Below are positions 28,171 through 38,004 of a stretch of DNA of 64,000 nucleotides, in pieces. Each line of letters opens with the position of its first letter. The stretch's first letter is position 1. The translations under genes were made by a program, and so were the position numbers. This stretch comes from an uncultured Bacteroidales bacterium (GTDB lineage: Bacteria; Bacteroidota; Bacteroidia; Bacteroidales; Paludibacteraceae): positions 173,678-237,677 of the forward strand of contig CASDOZ010000005.1 in NCBI GenBank assembly GCA_949282265.1, given 5' to 3'. Below the pieces are notes generated by a model. The model saw only the letters and a program-made list of their open reading frames with translations. It had not been told where the DNA came from and did no database searches.

Positions 28171-30039
28171 ATGGAACCTTTGAAACACGAATGCGGCGTC
28201 GCCTTGGTGCGCCTGCGCAAACCGTTGGAGCATTACCGCCGGAAATACGGCACATGGACATACGGGCTGGACAAGCTCTATCTGCTTATGGAAAAGCAGC
28301 ACAACCGCGGGCAGGAAGGCGCGGGCGTGGCCTGCGTCAAACTGGATGCCGAGCCTGGCGAGGAATTCATGTTCCGCGAACGCGCCGAAGGCAGCAACGC
28401 CATTTCGGAAGTGTTCGCTGCCATAAGCAAAAACATTAAAACGGCGCGGCAGGACACGCCCGACGGCTTGCAACACATACCCTACGCCGGACAAATGTAC
28501 ATGGGACACTTACGTTACAGCACGACCGGCAAACTCGGCATCAGTTTCGTGCACCCATTCCTGCGGCGCGACAACTACCGCGCGAAAAACCTGACTTTGT
28601 GCGGCAACTTCAACCTGACCAACCTGCCGGAAGTGTTCCGCCACTTGGCCGACCACGGCCAACATCCGCGGCAACACGCCGACACGTTTATTCTGCTTGA
28701 GCAGCTCGGACACCGCCTCGACCGCGAGGTAGAACGTCTCTACAACGAACTGCACCAAACCGGCTTGGAAGGGCTGGAACTCACGCACGCCATCGAGCGC
28801 AAGATATGTATGGCCAACGTGTTGCGCGAAGCCGCACCCATGTGGGACGGCGGCTACGTGATTTGCGGTATGACCGGCAGCGGCGAGACATTCGCCATCA
28901 GGGATCCGTGGGGCATACGGCCGGCATTTTACTACACCGACGACAAAACCATGATACTGGCATCCGAACGGCCGGTCATACAAACCGCCATGAATGTGGA
29001 CAAGGAACAAGTAAACGAACTGCAACCCGGACAAGCCCTGTTCGTGAACGCTCAAGGCGATGTATGGACAGAACAAATCATCTGTCCACGGCAAATAGCA
29101 CCCTGCTCATTCGAGCGCATCTACTTTTCACGCGGCAGCGACTATGACATTTACCGCGAGCGGAAAAAACTCGGCGCGAACTTAGTGCCGCAAATCCTGC
29201 AAGCAATAGACTACGACCTGCAACATACCGTGTTCTCCTTTATCCCCAACACGGCCGAAGTGGCCTTTTACGGTATGCTTGATCGGCTGAACGCCTACCT
29301 GAACACGCAAAAAAGCGAAATGCTGGCAGGCAGATTGCATGAACTCGACCGGAAGCAGATAGAAGACATACTCGCGTTCTCCATCCGCTCCGAAAAAGTC
29401 GCGCTCAAAGACATTAAGTTGCGAACCTTCATCACACAAGACAGCACGCGCAACGACATGGCAGCGCACGTGTACGACATCACCTACGGCAGCCTGACGC
29501 CCTACGAGGACAACCTCGTCATTATAGACGACAGCATCGTGCGCGGCACGACACTCAAACAGAGCATCATCCAGATACTGGCACGCCTGCACCCGAAAAA
29601 ACTCATCATTGTTTCATCGGCACCGCAGATACGCTACCCCGACTTCTACGGCATCGACATGTCGCACATAGGCGAGTTCATCGCTTTCAAGGCCGTCATC
29701 GCGCTATTGGAAGAAGATGGCCGCTTCCAGCTTATCAACGATGTGTATGCGCGCTGCAAGGCGCAGGCCGGACTGCCCAAGGAACAGACGGCAAACTATG
29801 TGAAGCAACTGTACGAGCCTTATACGGACCGGCAGGTTTCCGGCAAGATTGCGCAACTGCTCCGTTCCGACAACGTCGATTTCCCGATTGAAATCATATT
29901 CCAGTCGGTGGAAGGGCTGCACGATGCCTGCCCCGGACATTGCGGCGACTGGTACTTCACCGGCAACTATCCCACCCCGGGCGGCAACAAAATGCTGAAC
30001 GATGCCTTTATCGCATATATGGAAAGCCGGCAGGAATAA
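28171..30039 (+). CDS. purF: Amidophosphoribosyltransferase, long form (class II glutamine amidotransferase plus PRTase)
   Basis: N-terminus MEPLKHE-CGVALV gives a Cys nucleophile after a short propeptide. Also contains the HLRYSTTG and PRTase VIIDDSIVRGTT motifs. Confidence 0.85.
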   Translation: MEPLKHECGVALVRLRKPLEHYRRKYGTWTYGLDKLYLLMEKQHNRGQEGAGVACVKLDAEPGEEFMFRERAEGSNAISEVFAAISKNIKTARQDTPDGLQHIPYAGQMYMGHLRYSTTGKLGISFVHPFLRRDNYRAKNLTLCGNFNLTNLPEVFRHLADHGQHPRQHADTFILLEQLGHRLDREVERLYNELHQTGLEGLELTHAIERKICMANVLREAAPMWDGGYVICGMTGSGETFAIRDPWGIRPAFYYTDDKTMILASERPVIQTAMNVDKEQVNELQPGQALFVNAQGDVWTEQIICPRQIAPCSFERIYFSRGSDYDIYRERKKLGANLVPQILQAIDYDLQHTVFSFIPNTAEVAFYGMLDRLNAYLNTQKSEMLAGRLHELDRKQIEDILAFSIRSEKVALKDIKLRTFITQDSTRNDMAAHVYDITYGSLTPYEDNLVIIDDSIVRGTTLKQSIIQILARLHPKKLIIVSSAPQIRYPDFYGIDMSHIGEFIAFKAVIALLEEDGRFQLINDVYARCKAQAGLPKEQTANYVKQLYEPYTDRQVSGKIAQLLRSDNVDFPIEIIFQSVEGLHDACPGHCGDWYFTGNYPTPGGNKMLNDAFIAYMESRQE

Positions 30040-30074
30040 AAAAAAGAACGGGAACAAATCAAGAAACTGTTTAC

Positions 30075-30971
30075 TTAACGCCACAGTGGTTCATTTTCCC
30101 AACCTTTCGGGAAACCCATTGCGTGCAGATTTATGCGGGAATATGCTTTGAATAAGTCTTTAAGGCGTTTATTAAAATCATTATCCGGATGAATACTGTT
30201 TAGAAGATATGCTATACAACACAACTGGGCATAGAGTTTAACAGGACGGATCAAGGAACAATCAACCCATTTGCCTCTCAATTTTAAAGCTGCAAGTTGA
30301 GGCATTTGAGGGAATCTTCTGTTCCATACACGAGCATGATGGGCAAGACAATTGCGCAACAGTACCACACATTTTATCCAACTTTCAAGTACTGTATGTT
30401 GCGGTAAATTAAATTCCCGCGCAATACGTTTTTTCACCTGATTATCGTTTAAATTACAATATATTTTGGATAATGTGCCAAAGGACGTCACCTCCAATGT
30501 TTTCCAAACAGGAGGTACATCCGGCGACGAATATTTCTGGAAATGATCTTGGATGAATTCTTCCCGCGAGCGTTGCACCTCTCTCTTAATAGTATTCAAA
30601 TTTTCAGTAAACCTGGCATTATCCAAGCAAAGGGAAGAATCCGAAAACCAGAAAGGGCCATGTGCAAGTGCAACGTGATGTATGACTTTTGAACGCAGAG
30701 CCACTTCTATTCCTTGGATGGCTGTAAACAAAAGGCTCCTCAATTGCTTATCAAAGTAATAAATGTACAAAGCATCTTCAAAATAGCTACCAGGCATATA
30801 CAAATGATGGCTATTTTGGAGTTCAAAATAACGCAAATAATTGGCAATACGGAAATAACTGATAATAGCCAATTCCCTCAAGGCAACGTTTTCATCATGA
30901 AACAACAATCCCCTGTCTTTTAATTGTTGTATGATCTGAGGATAATCAAGCGCACGTTTTAAATAATCCAT
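30075..30971 (-). CDS. Abi_2 (AbiD/AbiF-like) abortive-infection protein with HEPN-type motif
   Basis: Contains ISYFRIANYLRYFE and the RNCLAHHARVWNRRF (Rx4-6H, HEPN-like) block characteristic of the Abi_2 family. Start chosen at MDYLKRAL (30971), because the -7 box at 31041-31048 would lie inside the longer ORF. The gene is visibly more AT-rich than its neighbours. Confidence 0.75.
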   Translation of the reverse strand: MDYLKRALDYPQIIQQLKDRGLLFHDENVALRELAIISYFRIANYLRYFELQNSHHLYMPGSYFEDALYIYYFDKQLRSLLFTAIQGIEVALRSKVIHHVALAHGPFWFSDSSLCLDNARFTENLNTIKREVQRSREEFIQDHFQKYSSPDVPPVWKTLEVTSFGTLSKIYCNLNDNQVKKRIAREFNLPQHTVLESWIKCVVLLRNCLAHHARVWNRRFPQMPQLAALKLRGKWVDCSLIRPVKLYAQLCCIAYLLNSIHPDNDFNKRLKDLFKAYSRINLHAMGFPKGWENEPLWR

Positions 30972-31040
30972 ACCTACATAAAAACGAAGTTCCGCCCTGG
31001 TTCGCTGTTCAAATGGGAAGCGTGGCGGAATCTGTTGTTG

Positions 31041-31048
31041 CAAAAATA
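31041..31048 (-). promoter_or_regulatory. -7 box (TATTTTTG on minus strand) for the Abi gene
   Basis: Matches TAnnTTTG and lies 70 nt upstream of the ATG at 30971. It is embedded in the 7-bp hairpin CAAAAAT-ACAAC-ATTTTTG. Confidence 0.35.
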
Positions 31049-31103
31049 CAACATTTTTGTAAAACTACAAAATATCGGTAATTTTACAATATTTCTCTCC
31101 CTC

Positions 31104-31763
31104 CTACTCCTGCACCCGTTCCTGTTCGAAGCGCAGGATGCGTCCCGGATATTTCTCCGTCCAGGCCAGGTTGTGCGTGGCAATCAGGATGGTAGTGCCG
31201 GCAAGGCGGATGCTGTAGAGCAGATCCATCAGTTCGTTGCCGGTTTCGGGGTCGAGGTTGCCGGTCGGTTCGTCGGCAATGATGATTTCCGGCGAGTTGA
31301 GCAAGGACCGCGCAATGACGATACGCTGTTGCTCGCCGCCCGAAAGCTGATGCGGCATTTTGTATGCCTTGGTTTCCATGCCCACCTGTTTGAGCACATG
31401 TTCTATCTGCTCGTCCATGGCCCGTTTGTCTTTCCAGCCCGTGGCTTTCAGCACGAACAGCAGGTTTTCGCGCACCGTGCGGTCAATCAGCAACTGGAAA
31501 TCCTGGAATACGATACCGATTTTCCGGCGCAGATAGGGTATTTCGCGTTTCTTGATTTTACGCAAGTCATAGTTGAAAATACGCGCCTCGCCATGTTTGA
31601 TAGGCACTTCGGCATACAAGGATTTGAGCAGCGAACTCTTGCCGCTCCCCACCTTGCCCAGCAGATAGACAAATTCGCCCGAATCGATGGTCAGGCTGAT
31701 ATCGCGCAGCACAATCAGCTCCTGCTGGCATATCTCGACATTTTCATATTTAATCAGCGACAT
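31104..31763 (-). CDS. ftsE: FtsE-like ABC transporter ATP-binding protein
   Basis: Walker [10 protein letters not shown], signature LSGGEQQR and Walker [10 protein letters not shown]. Start at MSLIKYENV (31763). Confidence 0.85.
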   Translation of the reverse strand: MSLIKYENVEICQQELIVLRDISLTIDSGEFVYLLGKVGSGKSSLLKSLYAEVPIKHGEARIFNYDLRKIKKREIPYLRRKIGIVFQDFQLLIDRTVRENLLFVLKATGWKDKRAMDEQIEHVLKQVGMETKAYKMPHQLSGGEQQRIVIARSLLNSPEIIIADEPTGNLDPETGNELMDLLYSIRLAGTTILIATHNLAWTEKYPGRILRFEQERVQE

Positions 31764-31776
31764 GGCTATTCCGTTT

Positions 31777-32373
31777 TTATGGTTTGTGTCTTTTTTGGAG
31801 TTCGCGCCCCAGGTCGTCCAGGCGCAAGCCTTTGGAGGTGAGCAGCACGATAAGGTGGTAAACCAAGTCGGAGGCCTCGTAAACAAAGCCCTCCTGCGTG
31901 CCGTTGGTGGCCTCTATGACCGTTTCGACAGCCTCCTCGCCCACTTTTTGCGCCATGCGGTTCACGCCCTTGCGGAACAAAGACGTGGTGTAAGAACCCT
32001 CCGGCATTTCGGCGTGGCGTTTATCGATGAAGTCCTGCAAATAGCCTAAGAACGCCATGCCCGCCTCGTTTTTCTCGCCCCAGCACGTGTCCGCGCCCGT
32101 ATGGCATACCGGCCCCGCCGGATGCACCTTAATCAGCAAGGTGTCGTTGTCGCAGTCGTTCTGGATGGAAACCACGTGCAGGAAGTTGCCGCTTTCCTCG
32201 CCCTTGGTCCACAGGCGTTGCCGCGTGCGGCTGTAAAAAGTAACCTTGCCCGTTTCCTGGGTCTTCCGCAAGGCCTCCTCGTTCATAAAGCCCAGCATCA
32301 ATACTTTCGCGGTTACGGCATCCTGGATTATTGCAGGCACCAAACCGCCCATTTTGTCGAAATCAACAGTCAT
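31777..32373 (-). CDS. hisI: Bifunctional phosphoribosyl-AMP cyclohydrolase / phosphoribosyl-ATP pyrophosphatase
   Basis: LVPAIIQD...FYSRTRQRLWTKGEESGN...DCDNDTLL (HisI) followed by a HisE helical segment. Confidence 0.9.
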   Translation of the reverse strand: MTVDFDKMGGLVPAIIQDAVTAKVLMLGFMNEEALRKTQETGKVTFYSRTRQRLWTKGEESGNFLHVVSIQNDCDNDTLLIKVHPAGPVCHTGADTCWGEKNEAGMAFLGYLQDFIDKRHAEMPEGSYTTSLFRKGVNRMAQKVGEEAVETVIEATNGTQEGFVYEASDLVYHLIVLLTSKGLRLDDLGRELQKRHKP

Positions 32374-32762
32374 TTTATATCGTATGAAATTATAATCTGC
32401 AAATCATGGCATCCTGTTTTTCCGGCCGCCGGCCGACAGGCACCCGCGCCGCCCCTATTGCGAACAGCGTCGCAAAGATACAAGATAATTGTCAAACGGC
32501 AAGGCCGGAAGCAGGTTTTTTCCGCCAGCTCGATGCCCCTTTGTTCCCCTCGCGCATCCCCTCTCCGCCGTCATGCCAACCACCGAGCCAGCAATCTGAA
32601 AGCGCAATCTAGGACGATAGGGACGTTGTGTACAGCGTCTCCAATAATGCCAAACGACACAAACCGCCACCCCGATTGCATACAAACGAATGATGTAGCG
32701 GAAGTACAGGACACAATACAAGCACGCCACAGCCTTTTACCTCTGCGTTTTCCAGCTCCAAA

Positions 32763-34049
32763 CTATTTCAATTGACCGGCAGTTCGACGGATAAGTCCGA
32801 CAGTTGTATCGTCGTCAAAAACGGAATAAAGCCCCTGCGGTTCCTGCGCAGGATCCCCACAATAGACGTCGCCCGGCTGCCAAATGGTATGGACTGGCTT
32901 AGCCTCACCGCCCCACGCCCAAAAATTGACCCCCGCAAGCAACCCGCCGGATTTGTTCGAGTCAAGCAGCCGGTTGAAAATGCTGGCATAGTAGGCATCG
33001 CGCAATGTGGTTGGTGTTCCTCTCTCAAACCGCATCTCGTCGCGCGGAAAACCGAACTCCTCGATAACGACCGGTTTTTGAAGCCGCTTTCCCATCTCAA
33101 GGTGCAAGTCGATATAGTTTCCTGTTTCAGCCAAGGCATTGTCAAACCCTGCGGGCAAGTCATCGCGCGAAGCCCAGTTCCAGTTACACGGCCAAATATG
33201 GAGGTTAATATAAGAAATCTCGGGTATCGCATGAATACGCTCGGCAAGTTCCACGTTTCCCTCGCATCCGACCAGTCCTTCCGAACCCGTCGAAATCATG
33301 TGATTGGTATCTAGCGAACGGATTAGACGCGCTATTTCAGCAATCCACCCTGCAAAATCCTCATGATTGGCTCCGCCAAACGGACGGGGTTCATTGCAAA
33401 TCTGCCACGAGAAAATAGTAGGGTCATCAGCATATTTCAAACCCGAATAGCGGTTCGTGCGGCCGACAACGAAACGCACGTGGTCAGCAAAGAGCGCGCG
33501 TGCCTCACGGCTGGGAATGAAACGCGATACATAATCCACATAAGCGTCATAGCCGTCAACGGCTGGAATAGGTGCCCGCCCTTCCCCAGCCCATGCCAGA
33601 TACTGCGAATAGCCGCCCGACCACTCCCATGAGTTGGTCAGGTAAAGCACAGCCTTCATGCCGCGCTGTTGGAGCTGATAAAGAAAATAATCAAGCCCAT
33701 CAAGCAATTCATCGTTGTATTCGCCGGGGGCATACTGGAGTGTCGGCTCTATCTTGGAAGTAACGCCCGGTCCACCGTCGGCACCCACCAGCACGCGCAG
33801 GTTCGTAACTCCATATGCAGCTAATGTATCAAGTTCACGGGCAAGGCGTGCACGGTCGCCACCCTCGCCAGTCGAGGCAAGAATAGGACCGTACCAAAAA
33901 TTTGTTCCCAAAAAATAACAAGGTTCGCCATCAAGCACGAATTGTCCGTTTTCAACACGGACAAACGAATTATTGGCTGCTGGAGTATTACACCCGCAGG
34001 CAAATTTGAGGAACATTCCCATACAAATAAGTCGGAAAAAAGATTTCAT
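32763..34049 (-). CDS. GH5 endo-beta-1,4-mannanase-like lipoprotein
   Basis: Lipobox FACGC. FVRVENGQFVLDGEPCYFLGTNFWYG resembles Man5-type enzymes. WQICNEPR provides the acid/base residue and VVIEEFGFP the nucleophile. Confidence 0.75.
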   Translation of the reverse strand: MKSFFRLICMGMFLKFACGCNTPAANNSFVRVENGQFVLDGEPCYFLGTNFWYGPILASTGEGGDRARLARELDTLAAYGVTNLRVLVGADGGPGVTSKIEPTLQYAPGEYNDELLDGLDYFLYQLQQRGMKAVLYLTNSWEWSGGYSQYLAWAGEGRAPIPAVDGYDAYVDYVSRFIPSREARALFADHVRFVVGRTNRYSGLKYADDPTIFSWQICNEPRPFGGANHEDFAGWIAEIARLIRSLDTNHMISTGSEGLVGCEGNVELAERIHAIPEISYINLHIWPCNWNWASRDDLPAGFDNALAETGNYIDLHLEMGKRLQKPVVIEEFGFPRDEMRFERGTPTTLRDAYYASIFNRLLDSNKSGGLLAGVNFWAWGGEAKPVHTIWQPGDVYCGDPAQEPQGLYSVFDDDTTVGLIRRTAGQLK

Positions 34050-34341
34050 TTGTCAAAAAAAAAATTCAAGTCGCTGGCAAAGATAACGATAAATATTTAA
34101 CGAGTTATCGGACATGTGTAATCCAGGAAACATATTCTACACAACTCATGGGTACTTTTTCCTCCGCATCACAAAGTTCACCCTCTTGGAATGTTGCAAA
34201 TTCCGCAATAAAAAGCTGTAAACCCACAAGTCAAAAATATCCCATAAAGCAATAAAACACGCCAGTCGGGTAAAGTTTTTTTATACACCTACCCGACTGG
34301 CATAACAACACGGCAATTGTCTGCCGCAAAACAAACTGTTT

Positions 34342-35379
34342 TTAAATCAGTATGATATTGGCATGACGACATTCCTCGCGCATCTCGTCCGGCCAAATGC
34401 TCGCCTGGATTTCACCAATATGCGCCTTGCGCAGGAAAAACATGCACAAACGCGACTGTCCAATACCGCCACCAATGGACAAGGGGAGCGTACCTTCCAG
34501 CAGACGCTGATGGAAATACAACTTGGCACGTTCTTCCTTACCCGTCAGTTGCAGTTGCCGCAGCAACGATTCCTTATCGACACGGATACCCATGGAGGAA
34601 ATTTCCAATGGTATGTCCAGTACAGGATTCCAAAGCAGAATGTCGCCATTGAGTCCGGGCAACCCGTTTTCACCCACCGTGCTCCAATCATCATAATCAG
34701 GCGCACGGCCATCATGTTCCTTGCCATCACCGAGTTTGCAGCCTATGCCGATAATGAACACCGCACCATACTTTTTCGTGATTTCATACTCGCGCTCCTT
34801 GGGTGTTTTGTCAGGATAAGCTTGACGCAACTCCTCGGCATGTATAAAATGTATGTCGGATGGTAAACACGGGCGTATTTCGGGAAAACTTTCCGATACA
34901 AGGTATTCGGTTCGCAACAGAGTGGAATAAATTCGCTTGACCGTATTCCGCAGATATTTAATGGTGCGCTGGCTGCTGTTGATGGTGCGTTCCCAATCCC
35001 ACTGGTCCACATAAAGCGAGTGGATGTTGTCTAATTGTTCGTCCGCGCGGATGGCGTTCATGTCAGTGTAAAGGCCGTAACCTTCTTCTATCTGGTAGTC
35101 GGCCAACATGACGCGCTTCCACTTGGCCAGCGAATGGACAACTTCGGCCTTCCGGTCTGCCATGTCCCGAATCGGGAAACTCACCGCGCGTTCCACACCG
35201 TTCAAATCATCGTTCAGACCCGTTCCCTGCAACACAAACAAGGGCGCGGTAACACGTCTGAGGCGTAATTCAGCAGATAAATTGGCTTGGAAAAAATCCT
35301 TTATTTTGGTGATACCCAACTCTGTCTGCTGCAAATTCAGAACCGGTTTATAATTTTGCGGAATAATCAGTTTGCTCAT
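34342..35379 (-). CDS. asnA: Aspartate-ammonia ligase (asparagine synthetase A)
   Basis: Full-length AsnA pattern (RVTAPLFV...GLNDDLNG..., DWSTVGENGLPGLNGDILLWNP..., SIGGGIGQSRLCMF). Confidence 0.9.
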   Translation of the reverse strand: MSKLIIPQNYKPVLNLQQTELGITKIKDFFQANLSAELRLRRVTAPLFVLQGTGLNDDLNGVERAVSFPIRDMADRKAEVVHSLAKWKRVMLADYQIEEGYGLYTDMNAIRADEQLDNIHSLYVDQWDWERTINSSQRTIKYLRNTVKRIYSTLLRTEYLVSESFPEIRPCLPSDIHFIHAEELRQAYPDKTPKEREYEITKKYGAVFIIGIGCKLGDGKEHDGRAPDYDDWSTVGENGLPGLNGDILLWNPVLDIPLEISSMGIRVDKESLLRQLQLTGKEERAKLYFHQRLLEGTLPLSIGGGIGQSRLCMFFLRKAHIGEIQASIWPDEMREECRHANIILI

Positions 35380-35586
35380 AAATTAAATGGGATAACAATA
35401 ATTGTTTGCGTTTTTGTTTTTCAGGCGGCAAATGTACAAAAAAAACATTCATCTACAAACATTTTATAGCCAAAAACGTTTTTTTTCTTACTTTTTGCGA
35501 TTTCAAACAAGCATTTTCCAGAAATTGGTAGCACATTTTTGAGAAATCAGCATAAAAATGTTATTTTTGCCGCAAAAAGAACCCCC

Positions 35587-36342
35587 ATGCTTACCAAGAG
35601 AATCATTCCCTGTTTGGATATCAAGGACGGGCAAACCGTAAAAGGCATAAACTTCCTGAACATACAAAATGTGGGCGACCCCGTGGAGTTAGGCGCGCTT
35701 TACGCCGAAATGGGTGCCGACGAACTGGTGTTCCTCGACATAACAGCCACGCACGAAAAACGCAAGACCCTGTCGAAACTGGTTACCCGCATTGCGCGAC
35801 ATATCAATATACCGTTCACGGTGGGCGGCGGCATCAGTTCTGCTGAGGATGTGTCGTTGTTGCTGGATTGCGGCGCGGATAAAATCTCAGTCAATTCGGC
35901 AGCCGTACGCAGGCCGGAGCTGATTCAAGAGCTGGCCGGACGCTTCGGCAGCCAATGCGTCGTGCTGGCCATCGACACCAAATGCATTGATGGCGAATGG
36001 TATGTGTTCCTGAACGGCGGCCGCATCCCGACGGAGCTGAAAACCGTGGATTGGGCTAAACAAGCTGTGGCGCAAGGCGCAGGCGAAATCCTGCTCACGT
36101 CCATGAACAACGACGGCACCAAGGATGGTTTCGCATTAGACATTACGCGCGCCGTGTCGGAAGCAGTGAATGTGCCGGTTATTGCCAGCGGAGGCGCAGG
36201 CAATATGCAGCACTTCGCAGACGTGTTCCTGCAAGGCAAGGCAGATGCAGCCCTCGCGGCAAGCGTTTTCCACTACAAGGAAATCGGAATTCCCGAACTG
36301 AAACATTACCTGAAAGAAAGAAATATCGATGTACGCATCTGA
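35587..36342 (+). CDS. hisF: Imidazole glycerol phosphate synthase cyclase subunit
   Basis: [15 protein letters not shown]...[11 protein letters not shown]...TVGGGI...[14 protein letters not shown]. Confidence 0.95.
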   Translation: MLTKRIIPCLDIKDGQTVKGINFLNIQNVGDPVELGALYAEMGADELVFLDITATHEKRKTLSKLVTRIARHINIPFTVGGGISSAEDVSLLLDCGADKISVNSAAVRRPELIQELAGRFGSQCVVLAIDTKCIDGEWYVFLNGGRIPTELKTVDWAKQAVAQGAGEILLTSMNNDGTKDGFALDITRAVSEAVNVPVIASGGAGNMQHFADVFLQGKADAALAASVFHYKEIGIPELKHYLKERNIDVRI

Positions 36343-36413
36343 CCGCAAGGAAAACAAGGCTGAAAACAGACCGTTTTTGCTAAATTTCGGTTTTACGTTC
36401 CAAAGAATTTAGC

Positions 36414-36421
36414 TACCTTTG
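36414..36421 (+). promoter_or_regulatory. -7 box TACCTTTG upstream of the pyrB leader
   Basis: Matches TAnnTTTG and lies 170 nt upstream of the pyrB ATG. Confidence 0.45.
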
Positions 36422-36436
36422 CCCCGTGAACAAGAT

Positions 36437-36529
36437 ATGAAACCACTCGTCCGTACATATTATCCATGGTTGCCGGAACACCGCTTGCACAGACGGGTAC
36501 ACGTTTCCGATAACAATACAGGCCAATAG
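36437..36529 (+). other. Candidate 30-codon leader ORF in the pyrBI 5' leader (MKPLVRTYYPWLPEHRLHRRVHVSDNNTGQ*)
   Basis: ATG at 36437. The stop TAG at 36527-36529 lies inside the 5' arm of the leader terminator hairpin. Hand-translated, with no homology support. Confidence 0.3.
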
Positions 36530-36559
36530 GGATTTCACATGTCCGTATTGGTTTTTTTT
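36523..36559 (+). terminator. Leader (attenuator-type) terminator upstream of pyrB
   Basis: Stem CCAATAgGGA (36523-36532) / TCCgTATTGG (36542-36551) with one mismatch, followed by eight Ts (36552-36559). It ends about 30 nt before the pyrB ATG. Confidence 0.5.
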
Positions 36560-36590
36560 GAATTATACAAATCACAATATACGCTAAGTT

Positions 36591-37490
36591 ATGAACCATT
36601 TAGTTTCCATTTCGGACTACTCCAAAGAAGAAATTTTGGATATTTTACGTGCAGCGGCGGGCTTCGAGGCGAACCCCAACCGTAAAACACTGGACGGCAA
36701 AGTCGTCGCAACCCTGTTCTTCGAACCATCAACGCGCACACGGCTGAGCTTTGAAACGGCAGCCAACCGTCTGGGAGCGCGGGTCATCGGATTCTCGGAT
36801 GCCGCCACCACCAGTTCGTCCAAAGGCGAGAGCCTGCACGACACCATCCAGATGGTGAGTAACTATGCCGACGTAATTGTGATGCGCCACTATCTGGAAG
36901 GCGCGGCACGCTATGCATCGGAAGTGAGCCGCGTACCCATTGTAAATGCGGGCGACGGTGCAAACCAGCATCCTTCGCAAACCCTGCTCGACCTGTATTC
37001 CATACAGAAAACGCAAGGCCGCCTGGACAACCTGCAAATCTACCTGATCGGTGACCTGAAATACGGACGCACGGTACATTCGCTCATACAAGCCATGTAC
37101 CACTTCAAACCGACATTCCATTTCATTGCGCCCGATGAACTGCGTATGCCTGACGAATACAAGCTGTTTTGCGACAAGCACGGCATACAGTACACCGAAA
37201 GCCGCGAATTGGAAGGCAACTTCAACGATGCCGATATTCTGTACATGACCCGCGTACAAAAGGAGCGTTTCCAGGATTTGGTGGAATACGAGCGTGTCAA
37301 GGATGTTTACACACTGCGCTACGACATGCTGGAAAGCACCAAGCCGAACCTGCGCATCCTACATCCGCTACCGCGCGTAAACGAAATAGCCTACGACGTG
37401 GACAAAAGCGAAAAAGCCTATTACTTCCAACAAGCGCAAAACGGGCTGTATGTCCGCCAGGCTATTATAAGCAAGGTACTAGGTTTGTAA
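36591..37490 (+). CDS. pyrB: Aspartate carbamoyltransferase catalytic subunit
   Basis: [17 protein letters not shown] and LHPLPR motifs. Confidence 0.95.
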   Translation: MNHLVSISDYSKEEILDILRAAAGFEANPNRKTLDGKVVATLFFEPSTRTRLSFETAANRLGARVIGFSDAATTSSSKGESLHDTIQMVSNYADVIVMRHYLEGAARYASEVSRVPIVNAGDGANQHPSQTLLDLYSIQKTQGRLDNLQIYLIGDLKYGRTVHSLIQAMYHFKPTFHFIAPDELRMPDEYKLFCDKHGIQYTESRELEGNFNDADILYMTRVQKERFQDLVEYERVKDVYTLRYDMLESTKPNLRILHPLPRVNEIAYDVDKSEKAYYFQQAQNGLYVRQAIISKVLGL

Positions 37491-37526
37491 CCGATTCGAT
37501 AAATGACATAAGTTTTGGAAACAGAT

Positions 37527-37988
37527 ATGGAAAAAGAACTGAAAGTAGCAGCATTGCGCAACGGCACGGTCATAGACCACCTGCCCTCCAACCAAGTGTT
37601 CAAGGTGGTTTCCATCCTGCAACTGGAAAACTGCAAGAACCAGATAACCATAGGAAACAACCTGGACAGCAAACGCATGGGAACCAAAGGTATCGTCAAG
37701 ATATCCGACCGTTTCCTGAAAGAAGACGAAGTCAATAAAATCGCCTTGATAGCACCGAACGCCAAGATAAACATCATCCGCAACTACGAGGTGGTGGAAA
37801 AATACGCCCTCACGTTGCCGGACGAAATCAGGGATGTCGTGCGGTGCATGAACCCCAAGTGCATCACCAACAACGAGCCGGTCGGCACGCGTTTCCATGT
37901 CATCACCGACGGCGACCAAGTGTTGCTAAAATGCCACTACTGCGAGCGGGAAGTGCTGCGCGAAAAAGCAAAAATCAACAACAACTAA
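37527..37988 (+). CDS. pyrI: Aspartate carbamoyltransferase regulatory subunit
   Basis: VAALRNGTVIDHL... with a C-terminal Zn site CMNPKCITN...CHYCE. First ATG at 37527 (the ORF opens at TTG 37515). Confidence 0.9.
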   Translation: MEKELKVAALRNGTVIDHLPSNQVFKVVSILQLENCKNQITIGNNLDSKRMGTKGIVKISDRFLKEDEVNKIALIAPNAKINIIRNYEVVEKYALTLPDEIRDVVRCMNPKCITNNEPVGTRFHVITDGDQVLLKCHYCEREVLREKAKINNN

Positions 37989-38004
37989 AAACAGACTGCC
38001 GACT

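Noticed and set aside
32374-32762. Gene-free 390 bp between hisIE and the mannanase with several short ORFs (32406-32612, 32455-32730)
   Set aside because: The ORFs are Arg/Ala/Pro-rich and overlap one another in different frames. A CAAAGATA (-7 box, minus strand) at 32473-32480 suggests the region is simply a long hisIE 5' region. No convincing structure or repeat was found by eye.
36393-36599. 68-aa minus-strand ORF across the pyrB leader
   Set aside because: It is antisense to the promoter, leader and terminator of pyrB and has no promoter of its own. The plus-strand leader features explain the region better.
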